Positions 38,703-50,500 of a DNA stretch of 64,000 nucleotides are shown here, piece after piece. Made by a program: the position numbers and the translations under genes. Source of the DNA: Nageia nagi (Eukaryota > Plantae > Pinophyta); assembly GCA_050084985.1 (NCBI GenBank), contig JBITNC010000001.1, positions 156,798,001 through 156,862,000 of the forward strand. The letters run 5' to 3'. The notes under the pieces were generated by a model. It did not search any database, was not told where the DNA came from, and saw only the letters and a list, made by a program, of their open reading frames with translations. How positions within the stretch are numbered: position 1 is the first letter of the stretch; each line of letters opens with the position of its first letter.

Positions 38703-40879
38703 CTGTGTAACTCAATTAAATACAAATTCACTTAATAAGTACTTACATGTGACAGAAAGATTGTACAAGGCCTTCTTTCATTAGTTGTTTGTGACATATA
38801 TCCATGCCACAACAGAGTGCAGTTAAGCTAGTTGCCTTCCAACAGATATCTAAACTTTCAAATACAGATACTCACTTTCAACAACAGCTTCATTCCAAAA
38901 CAGCAAATGCTACAATTTATATAGCAATAAACTTGAAAACAATAACATCCAATGCAAGAAAAATCAAAAAACTCTACTAGAACATAAATTCATAGATTGA
39001 TAAAAATGAATTCCTTTAGTTTGTTGAAGGTCATTGTATGTAACATGCAAATCATCACTGTCTACACGGATTACGTTTTGTCCTTGCACAATTACATTAG
39101 GTTGTTGTTTCAAATTTGCATGAGTTGCATCTCATTAGTGGAGTGTTTATGAGTACAAATTTTTGTTGTGTGTTGTTCTTGTCAATCATCATACCGATAC
39201 GATAGAGATTATTTTATGTCCTCTCATGCATGATACCAGAGGGACAAATGTCAAGGATGTCGAAGCATAATCTGGGAGTCATTGCTATTCAATTATGAAT
39301 ATTCACATTGGCAAATTGATATGGCATACTCTTAATGATGTTTCAATAACCCCTGCTTTCAATCCACTCTGTGTTCTGAGTATGAAATGTTTATTATAAC
39401 TTCATTTATGTTTATGTCAATAGGCACATAAAATTGCATTTTAACTATCTAAATTGATTTTATTTAAGCATTTAACTTGATTTATGCAAAATGTCAGTTT
39501 CGGGCCCACTTGAGGCTATTTTGAATCAGCCTAAGTGATATCTTCTAATTTAGTATTATCTTATGTACACATCAACCTAGGTAATGACACCTAGATGAAT
39601 TCAAAATTAGATTTCTCAAATCTATGTAAAAAAAAAGACCCATTTAGGAGATAGTGGAATCTTGAAATCAAGCACCTAATAATTCTATGAGATTATCAAC
39701 TTGGCATGCTCTAATGCTAATAACTTATGTGAGATTGAACATATTCTTCCAAGTATTTCCTTAAGTCCAATTTGCAATATCGAAGTGTAATTTCATAAGG
39801 CAAACTGCATAGAACAACACAAGACACATCAACCGAAGGTCATTTCACGCCAAAAGTCTGCACATCCCAAAACCTACACAACTGAGGATCCCTATTCCAA
39901 AAGATGGTGAATTTGGCCCCTGAACCAGATTGACTCCAAACTAGTTCCAAGAGCTAAGTCCAACCTTGGATAGCACAGGTTCATCACCCATTCGGTCTAG
40001 AATGCCAGGATCCACCCTTCAAGGTCACAAGCTATATGTCAGCCTGCTTATGATCTGCTCCAAATCAGTCTTCACTGTATCTCCTCTTGTAAAGTTGCAT
40101 GATGCTAATTGCTAAATCCTCTACTACATATTGCTATTAATCTATTTTTCATTCTATACACATAAGTAAATTGTAAATATTTTAATAAATTGTTCTTTAT
40201 TTTATGTCTACAATTATAATGCATTCTTCACTTTGTTGTCACAAGAACCATTGCCCCAGATCATATGCATGTCAATGTGAAATTGAAAAGGCCTATCATT
40301 GGAATTATTGTTCATACTACTAAATTCTTTGCATACACTCATTTTCCATGCCCATCCACTTGTTCATCCATGCATGTCTATTCCTTTTCCTTTGCATGCA
40401 CTTTCATGCATGTCTTCTTGTCTATGGAACACATTTACAATTGCATGCCATTATCTGCCTTTGTTAGTACATTATCCATCTCCCTCTATCATTGAAACAA
40501 AAAAAGAAAGAAAATGGGAAAATTTGTTAAGTATTCAAAGAAGCAACCAAAGACGAAATGTCATTGAGTTAGACAAGTTGAATGTTGCATAAGCAACAAT
40601 GTTCAATAAGATTCTAACATGATACAAACTACCATAAAGCATGTGGTTGATGTGCCAGAAAGTCAATTATAAGCCAACAAGGATGCCCAAAGACATAAAG
40701 ACAAGTAAAGAGTGGTGGACAAAAATGAGGTGCTTGGCACATAACGTGATTATGAGAGGGCTGATACTTGTGAAGGGTATCGAACATCATATTTGAGTCA
40801 AGGAAGGCATCCATATAGCTCAAAGGTTGTGGTTGGCTGTCATAGGCTTATAGCTATTTCAAACATGATACAACAAGAT

Positions 40880-42870
40880 GATCCTTCCATCATAACAAGC
40901 TTGTGCTTGGTATCGAACATTATATTTAAGTCAAGGAAGGCATCCTAACAAGCTTGTGCTTGGTAGATACATTAGTTGTTATAAATGACCTTTCTTTTCC
41001 AACAATGCAACAAGCTCTACAAGCAATTTTGGCTTCTTTGATTTTGTTGAGTCATTCACACCTTCCAATTTCTTCTAAGTCGATGCAATGAACTAGATCT
41101 GTTAATAGAAGTTAAGGCCCAAAGAGGGAACTTCCACTGTTGCTCAAGGGAAGTGAGAACTTGCTCAAATTCCACACTTGCATCAAGTTTATCAAAGAAG
41201 ACAACCAAAGTGAAACTATTACATGTTTGAGACTGTCCAAAATGACAAGGCCACAAACTAAAGAGAGATGGACAAGGATTCAAAGCAAACAAATCACTTA
41301 TGATCTGGATCATGTCAATTTTGCTCTCAACCTTATTCAATTTCTTTGAACCTGGCACATATGAGAAGACACAAGGAAATTATAGATGGGAAAAGACCAT
41401 GCAAAACAAGTATGATGCTCTACTCAAGAGCAAGATGTGGTGATTGAAAAAGCTACTCATACAGAAGCAACCCATTAAATGAAGTGGATGCATAAAGTCA
41501 AATGGAGAATAGATGAATCTTTGATAAATACAAAGCTTCACTTGTAGCCAAAGGATATGCTCAGTAGAAGGGACTGGTCTATGAAGAAATATTTCCTCCA
41601 ATTACCAAGCTTGTGACCATTAGGTTGATTACTTCAATTGCCCCCTAGTTTGGATATAAGGTGTATCAAAGGGGTGTAAAGAGTCTGCTTCTGAATGGGA
41701 ACTTGGATGAGGAGGTGTATATGATGCAATCACAAGGTTTTCAAGTTCTTAGAAAGAACATCCACTTTTGGATTGGAGAAGTCCTAGTATAGACTGAAGT
41801 AAGCTCCTCAAGTCTAGTACATTAAGATTTATCAACATCTATGACCTTTGAAATTTAGAAGGAATTAGAACCACCAATATTTTAAAAAGTAGATAATAAC
41901 ATTTTCACACTCTTTATGTTGATTTTATCACTAACAATGAAGCAACTATAACTGACCACGTGTAGTTTGGTGTTTGTTCTGATTGTGACATCACAGATTT
42001 GGGCCTCCTACACTACCTAGTTGTAGAACTTTTTTAGCATGGTGGTTTTCTATATATGTCTCAAATGAAGTATACTTAAACATTTTCAGAGAAGTTGCGG
42101 ATGTTGGATGCCAATCCTGCTATTATACCTATGGAGGTTGACTTGAAGCTCTCAAATACCAATCCAAGAGTTGCTGTATAATTGATTAGCAGGCTGCTTG
42201 ACTTATCTCACATCCATTACACCTGATTTGTGCTTCATAATCAACCATCTTTATTAGTTCATGGAAAAAAATTGGTAGACAGGGAAAGGGTGCTTCAATA
42301 TGTCAAAGGCAAAATTGGTTTTGGCATTCAAAGCCAATGTATGGATGATATCCAGTTGCTAGGGTATATAAAATCCAATTGGTATGGGTCAACTAATGAT
42401 CATATCTACGATGGGAGATGTATATATTCTTTCTTCAGGATTACTGTCCTAAAAGAGTAAAGAGTAACCAATAGTTACTTTGTCTTTCACAAAAGCAAAG
42501 TAGAAGGCAACAGCACGTGCAGCTTGTGAAGTTGTATGGTTGAGGTAACTTTTCGCTGATTTGCTTGTGAGGTTGTATGGTTGAGGTAACTCTTGGCTGA
42601 TTCATAAATACAATGCTTCCAGCCTACCTCACTTTACTGTGGCAATCAATATATCCCAAGGTTGGTGAAAAGTCTTATTCATCATATAGGAACAAAACAC
42701 ATCGAGGGTCAAAAGTTAAAACCACTACATCAGTCAACTTGTTTATGATGAAGAGACTCTTCATTACTCAGCTACACATGAATAGATTGGAGTCATCTCT
42801 CACCAAACCATTCGGTAAGGACATGGTATTGGATGTGGATTACATTAAATGCATAGGCGAGTATTGGAAA
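40880..42870 (+). pseudogene. Highly degenerate Ty1/copia pol relic
   Basis: RT remnants 'LVAKGYAQ', 'YEEIFPP', 'LDEEVYMMQ' (41540-41740) and RNase H remnants 'AACEVVWLR', 'TKHIE' (42520-42710). Boundaries are approximate. Confidence 0.75.
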
Positions 42871-42871
42871 A

Positions 42872-44108
42872 TGTGACGGTCCAAAATGAACCTCAAACCA
42901 AATATTAGTAAACAATAATCAAACACACCAACTAGGGTTTCCAACACCCTCAAAAATGCAAACCCTACACCAACGTTAGCCCTCTAGGGCACACACCTGA
43001 TGTCAACCTCCTAGGGCATTCAATCACACTAGACACCCAACGATTGCTCACAATGATGAATTAATGAATTACATACACCTACAATGATTACACTAGAACA
43101 CCAACATAAACAAACACCACATGTACAAATATGAAACCTAGATGCTCAACGATGCCATAAGAATAGAATTAATAACACAAAGCTGAGATCCAATGCCCAA
43201 CGGCTTGTATTATGATAGGAAATGAGTAGCAATACAAAACCTTGCTCCCAGAGCTAGATGTTGGCCTCACATGAGCCAACTAGGGCAAAACCACTGAGAA
43301 ATCCTCATTGCAATCTGTTGAACCACAAGATTAGATCCACCCCCTCAGACCTTGATTCCTCTCCACTGAAGGAGCCCTCTTCGAAACCTAGCGACCAACT
43401 GAATGGTAGAAGTGTATCCTTGGAATACCATCGAAATGGGCTTGGTGACCCACCAAAGCTGTAGATAGTTAGGGATCCCAACGCTTGCCTATCCTCTAGA
43501 CATCCCACCTAGGATGTGTTGCTTAGCACTGCTAAGTCTTTTGCTCGAAGGTCTGGTATCAAGAAATATAATCAACAATCTCCCTAGCAATGAGGCCCTC
43601 ATGTCTATTTATACTTCTCCTTATGTCCAAAGCTTACCTCGAAATTATCCCAAGCCTCTCTTAATCCAACGTTGGGGTCAAGATGGTCAAACCAGCCAAC
43701 GTGGTGGTCATAATGGCCCAGTGTGCCAACGTGGGGTTCATAAAGGCCCTTTATGCTAACGTGGGGGTCATAGTGGCCCAGATAGTTGACGTGGGGGTCC
43801 TAGAGTGGTCAAGTGCCAACGTGGGGGTGTGGGACCCTCCCCAATGCAGTGCAATCATGCTGAAGTCCGTCCAACCCATAAATACATACATAGATATCGG
43901 GATTCCCACAATCCGGGATCTTCGTACAACTCACAAGCCAAAACTACTACTCAAGAGGGAGACGTCCCACTTGAGGCTCACAGTGGAGTCCACAGGACCC
44001 ATTATTATTCCTATCCTGAGTTACAATGAAGTACATGAAAACACGCTAAGTAAATATAGTACAAGATGACCCAATGGGTCCCATTACATATTCAAGGGGG
44101 ACGTCACA
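42872..44108 (-). mobile_element. Solo LTR (1,237 bp) related to the A/D LTRs
   Basis: TGTGACGGTCC...GGGACGTCACA with perfect TSD GAAAA (42867-42871 / 44109-44113). Contains the 30-bp CCAACGTGG array at 43667-43830. Confidence 0.93.
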
Positions 44109-45122
44109 GAAAATATAATGACCACACAACTATGGGGTTAGGGTGGTTAGGGAGTTGAACCATTCTTAGTTATAAAATCCCAGATATGCAATTGTGTACT
44201 GTATATATTTTGAAGTAATTTAAATATTTTGCATCTCCCTCCAATTTGTTATCACTATTTTTATTTTATTCATTAGATTTCATAATTAATGTCCATTGTC
44301 AATGAAACACTTAATGTTTAATATTAACAGAGGTTCAATGCTTCTCTTTTGTTGATCAACCTCAATATTGGTGAAGAGCCTTAATGCTGCCTTCATAGAC
44401 TATTTATTATCCCCATAAAGGATGTACATATCTTTTCAGACTGTACTGTCTCTATAAGGCATCTTTTGGAAAGATGATCTATGCTAGCTTAAATCCCTAT
44501 ATCCTTGATACGTTATCTATGTAATCTACCAATTGGTGTTGTTCTCATGTCTGTTTGTTAAACACCAAAAGTTTGTCATGTAGGGTACATTCCTACATAT
44601 TGCATATACTCGATTTCCTCTTCAGTTCATGTGTGCCTAAGTATGTGTGTGTAGACATAATAGTCACTCCACTCAAATACTTCTGATATGTGCTATGTTG
44701 GTATAAAACACTTATTATGCAACTTCATTTAGTTGAGTCCTTAGAGATTTGAAAACAAAAGGTTGGAGAATCCTCATTCTCAACTTAAAGTAACTTTTTT
44801 AATCTTATGGTGCATCTTAATTTGTTTTCTTGAACTTGCATTCTCTTCTACCAATTACAGGAATTAAAAGAATGTAACAGATCAAGCACGGGATTGCTAT
44901 CAATCTAGACTACAAATTTTCCTCACAAACTAGATTTACTTCAAGATAATACAAATTTCATGATATTGATGTTTAATAACAATGTATTCTAGAAAGACAA
45001 CACAAAGTCAAATCCATTGAATATATTTTAAATAGTACAAGAAAGTTCTTTGTTTGCCACCAATCAAGGATGGAAATTTACTATGAAATATATTAGAAAG
45101 TTGTAAGGAATCTAAAATGCAC

Positions 45123-45170
45123 CTGAAGGCAATTTTGAACGTCCACTATTAGCTTTATCATCTGAAATCT
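45123..45170 (-). CDS. Class-3 lipase exon: RFQMIKLIVDVQNCLQ
   Basis: 48 nt, caacAG|AGA...CAG|GTgc. Matches the conserved 'F..I.LIVDV..CLQ' block of this family. Confidence 0.88.
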
Positions 45171-45314
45171 CTGTTGCATTATAAATACAATAAAGTTAGC
45201 AAGAATGAAAATTACATGAAAAACACAGAAAACATTCTACCAAATTTTACTAAACTCCCAAAGCTAAAAGATTTAATTTCCTGGAATCTATGTACAGTTG
45301 ACTGATGAACATGC

Positions 45315-45380
45315 CTTAGTGAAACCATTGCACCTTGAACAAGTCCACGAGACAAGAGCATCCAAGTCATTCATATACAC
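45315..45380 (-). CDS. Class-3 lipase (alpha/beta hydrolase), most upstream visible exon: VYMNDLDALVSWTCSRCNGFTK
   Basis: 66 nt, phase 0. AG acceptor (ttttgaAG|GTG) and non-canonical donor AAG|GCATGT. The WTCSRC motif is typical of plant lipase_3 proteins of the At5g18630/At5g18640 type. Splices in frame with the next exon. Confidence 0.88.
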
Positions 45381-46002
45381 CTTCAAAATATCACCAAAAT
45401 ATTTAATGTTAGTATACCTTCAAGTGCACTCATAAAGTAAATGCCCAGAAAGCCAATAAGCCTCCCTGGGAAAACTGAAGTGAATATAAATTACATTCTT
45501 GTTAATAATCTTGATGATATCAAACCACTCAATCAAGGGGGCACATTGGAGTATCAAGATTCCAGCACGCAAATACGAGTTTTTATTGATTAAAGCAACC
45601 ACAACATATCATACTTGCACCATGTTTCACCATTCTTGGCCATTAATAAGTAACCGGAACCACCAGGGTACAATTTAACAAGTTAAGGATGTGAAAGATA
45701 AATACAAACTCACAGAATAAGCTTGATTAGTTATGGACACTAGTTTTCCTCCTCATCTATCAGTTCCTCAACTGTACAGAATCATACTAGAAAAATATGC
45801 ATGATCTTCAGAACTCTTCCCTCCAAGTAGTTTCATAAGTTACTGAGTAGTGTTGGAAGAAGGCAAAGACCAAACCCTCCTAGTCTGCAAACTAACTACA
45901 TTTTTCTTCTGCTACCATCGCCATAAGGCAGGACTTGATCTCAATCTTTTGAGCCAATGCTATACATAAATATATGTCAAGCATTTTGCTATGCTGCTCT
46001 AG

Positions 46003-46792
46003 GAAAACATAGGAAATAGCATAAAAATAGGAATAGGGGAACCTGCACACACATAAGAATTGCAACTACAAATTCTGCTAACAATTTGAGAAGCATAATT
46101 GATCTCTCATTTCATTGATAGATTTCTTGAATAACGACATTATACTAGAATTAGGGTTTCTTTCCTTTTTATAGAAGTAAGAAAAAAAATCCCTAACTAC
46201 CGAAGAACTACTTACTCTTATGACATAATTAACTAATTACTAAGTATTTTAACTTACATCCTCATGTTAAACACCTAATCCTAAGGGATTATGGTTTAAT
46301 GTAATGTATTAGTCTTAGGCAGTTCAATAATCTAAAATAGCTCAAGAGTCACCTTAGAAGGTGGAGAACCATGTTTTAATGTTATATATTCAAGTGTGAT
46401 GTAATGCAATATTTGGAGTTTTACAATACAATTTTGATCTTCATACGACCCATACCTAGCCTAATAGTGGTATCAAAGCCCAAAATATAGACTGTTGTCG
46501 TCTATGTAAAGCCAATCACATTTGTAGGTTGAGAATAGTTGCAGAAATTAGTTGAATACTCAATACTAGTTAATTATGTCATTCAAGTAACTAGTCCTTG
46601 AGTAATTAGGAATTTCTCCATTATATAAAAGGGAAGAAACCCTAATTCTAATATAACATCAGCATTCAAAAAATATATAAATGAAATCAAAGTTCAGCCA
46701 AACTTCTCAAATTGTCAGCAAAAATTTGTAATTGTTGTTCTTACAGGTGTGTCGATGCCCCATTCCTATTTTTATGCTATATTCCCATGTTC
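46003..46792. repeat. Long inverted repeat / fold-back element (arms ~46003-46255 and ~46547-46792)
   Basis: For example, AGCATAAAAATAGGAAT pairs with ATTCCTATTTTTATGCT, TAGAATTAGGGTTTCTT pairs with AAGAAACCCTAATTCTA, and ATGACATAATTAACTA pairs with TAGTTAATTATGTCAT. Confidence 0.85.
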
Positions 46793-47619
46793 AAAGATCT
46801 ACGAGTAACCGGCAATTCCTCACAGGTAACCACGATTCGAAGGCAAAACAAGTAACCGAGGCTCATTACTCGGCCCTAGCAGTTTTTGGAGGTTACTCAG
46901 CTATTATCAAAATAAAGCTAAAAAACATGAAAAAAAGGATAGTCAACACCAAAATATGCCTTTTAACTACCTCATTGTGTCTCATTCTTCTCATTCCATT
47001 GTGTTTGCTCAATTGTTTTCTCTACAAGTCAGTTTGTGAAAGATTTGAAGGATGAGCATCAATTTGAATAGGCCCTGGCACCTTCTATAATCAAAAAATT
47101 AGCCTCAGAAGCCCTGGTGCAATTTGAGTGAAGATCTACCTATGTCAATCAGCTTTAAACGTGGAGAAAGGATCCTAGAATCCCATCTTTTCCCTAGGAG
47201 TGAGACGTTTGGTGCATCTTCAAAGACTTCATTATGGTGTTCATAGCTCCCTGGTGAGACATCACCCCCTTGGAGTGATTTTGTGCTCCTTAAGGCCTCA
47301 TTTTTTGTTCATCTAAATATTTCAAGAATATTGGTATTTATTTCATATTTTTATGTCTCATAATTTGCCTCAATTTTGGAATATTTATGCAAGAGTTGGT
47401 CGCTTTGATTACTTTGCCCTCATTTTTAGTATTTGAGCACTTGCATAATTAGTCCTAATTTTATGAGCAATTTGGCATTTTATTTGAGTTAATTTAATAT
47501 TTAGCATAAACTAGGGCATCATTTGGTAATTTGAGAATTTTATTAACTTTGGAGTAATGAGGAAATATTGGAATTTTGCTATTTTGCTATAAATTGTGCT
47601 TGCCCTAGTTTGGAATATT

Positions 47620-50500
47620 ACATTACCCTCTAGGAAAACCAATAATCTCTTGTAGGATTTCCCATCTACAGCCCAAGAATATTGCCAACCACAACAATAT
47701 CTCCAAGTCTAAAATATCAATATTCATCGGTCTCCACAAATGAGATCTCTCTTTCTTATATAGGCAATTACCTTCAACTGGCAAATAAATCCCAACCATC
47801 ATATCCCTAAAGACTACCAAAGTCAGTTACATTTGCCAAATGGGCAATTACAAATGCTAGGGACATTTAATAAGATTCTCACCCACTAAGCTAAAACAGT
47901 TACACAACCAAAAGAAGTTACAAAAACCACAAACGTGTATGTATTGTCCCCAATTTGGGACATCTAGACATCACCCCTCATGCCTATTCATCGTGAGTTT
48001 TATTAATTAGATTAAGGTTGTTTTATTTGTCAAATTATGTATTTATCATATTTATATTTGTGCCTCAAAGGCAACGCTCAATATGGGCAAATTATATATT
48101 TAATTGGCCCAATTAAAAGGGCCATTATGATGATCTATCACCCCTATGCCAAGTCGGCCATGCTAGGAATGTTTGGGGCTATTTAACACTAGTCAGTTAC
48201 CTTTTGGGGACGTATTTGCAAATTTGGATAGCTATAAAGGCAAGTCATTTGTTCACTTGAAGACATCATCATTGTGCATTGGATCTTGAATCATTCGGAG
48301 TTTGGGGATGCTCCCCTCTCTACCTTCTAAGGACTAGGGCTGCTCCCTAGCCTAGAAGTGGCCTATCTACTTTCATACTCACTTGGAGAGCTTGTGCCAA
48401 CCTTGAAAAGCTATCTAGAGACTTGCGCCATACATCTTTGCTACTTGGAAGCTTGCACCAGCCATTGGGAGCCATCTTGAGTCTAACAACAAGCGTGGGA
48501 GCCTTCTTGGGTCTTGCACTAGCCTTTAGGAGTCTTGGTTGAGCATATTGGAGTCTTGGGCTTTGCCTTAGAACTTGTTACAGCCCTATACTTATTCTTT
48601 GTTGATTATACATGATATTGGATCTCATACTACATCTCAAATGTCAATAAATGTTCTCTATTTACTTTGTGATAATATCATTGATTATGCATGGGAATAT
48701 GTGCGGATTATAGTGTTTTGGAGGCATGTTAATGTGGTGTAACAGATCTGCAATTTGTGCCCTAGTTTGAGCATATTTGCATATTGTATGAGCTTTATAT
48801 CAGATTTGGCTATTGTTGTTATATTTCAGTTTTGAGCGCATGCTTGTATGGTTAATGAGCATTTACTTTGATGCCCTAATTTGTGAATGAATGTAGAATT
48901 AAGTAAGAAATTGGATAAACTCTAGAAAGGTACATTATAGTGTACAAAGCCAAAAGCATTTAATAATGCCTTATCTTTACCACAAAACTCACCTAACTTC
49001 TCTACTAACTCCACCACCATATATACTAACAAAACACACTTACTAACTCATATAACTTCTATATTTACAACCAAACATAGTAAATGACTCTCCAAGGGTG
49101 GATGTCCCTCTCCTAGACTTCTATTTACAACATTTAAATACATAATGACAATATTTACAAAGCTAGTAAAAAATGGGGACATTATATGAATCCTGAAAGA
49201 GGCAATGGTATCAACCACAGATCTCATAGTAGACTGAGCATCAAAAGATGAAGTGATCCTCAAACTCGGTCTCAAGTGAGCAAAGGTGGAAAGCATGCAA
49301 GTCACGTGCAAAATGATGGTTCGTCTTGATCCTTAATTGAAACACACCAAATACAAATGCACACAAAACAATAATAATTCCACAGGGCAAAATCTGATTT
49401 CTTTTATATTTTGTCTTTTCAATAAAGAAAGCTTGCAACTACAGTAGATTATAGGTAACAGAGACAATGCATTACAATTGTATGTAAGCAAGACAACTAC
49501 AGATCACTAAACACACCTCAAAGAGCTGTTCAAACAGTTGTAACACCTTCAAAAGTCAAAACAAACCCAACAAGAACAGGACAAACAGTTGTATTATTGT
49601 CTCCAAGATAGACCACTGCTGGACAGGTTTCTCGGAGTTGTCCTAAGTCGATTATCTTAGCAAATAACACCCTCAGGCCTCTATCCTGCTGAACAAGGGC
49701 TGATATGCCCAAAATTGTGCCAACACTGAATTGTCTTCACCAAAGCTAAGCATGAACATGGCTCCCTTGACAGTTATGGCCCTTACAACCTACAAAATAG
49801 TCCTCTCAAGGCTGACATCTTACTCCAATAGCCTCCAAAGGCTGGATCTCTACTCAGAAACTTCTAACTTGCCCTCCAATAGGCAGATCTACACTTTAAC
49901 TTCAATGATGCTCCTCAATTCAAGCCCAAATCACCAACCCTGATGTAGATTGGTCAAATCCAATTGAGTAGAGAGCTCTAGGATCTGATCCTTCAAGTCT
50001 CCATTGAATTGATCTTCAATGGGAACCCCAAAAAAACTCCAGCAGAATGCAAAAGTCCAAAAAAGCAAAGCTCTTCCAAATTCACCCCCTCCAAATGACC
50101 AACTCTTCCTTTTAAATAGTCATGGAACTCTTAATTTAAGCCTCTTGACAGTTACAAAGTCTGTCTCATAACAGTTACAAATCCTTTCCTATGGCAGTTA
50201 CAAAAGCATTAAATAATACCTTAAACTTTGACCTCATAACAGTTACTTTTGCCAAAATGGCAGTTACAAATACTAGAGACATTTAGTACTATCTTATCAT
50301 CCCAACCATCAAGCTAAAAACGTGTACCAAGTCAATGACATTAATTAATACCTTTTTTCTTGTCCCAAAACTATTCTCAATACATAACCAACTCCCTAAA
50401 CACTTATACTAACAATATAAGTTCTCAAAACACACTAACCCACCCCTTAGAGGCCCACAAACACAATAAAACATAAATTAAAATATTTTGGGACATTACA
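47620..50500. mobile_element. Cluster of LTR fragments / solo LTRs
   Basis: The block AGTTAC.TTTGCCAAA..GGCA.TTACAAAT.CTAG is shared at ~47825 and ~50241. Terminus TTTTGGGACATTACA at 50500. Internal boundaries unresolved. Confidence 0.5.

Noticed and set aside
36150-40500. Possible old LINE or DNA-transposon relics around the 68-nt exon
   Set aside because: Too degenerate; no termini, TSD or protein motif could be verified.
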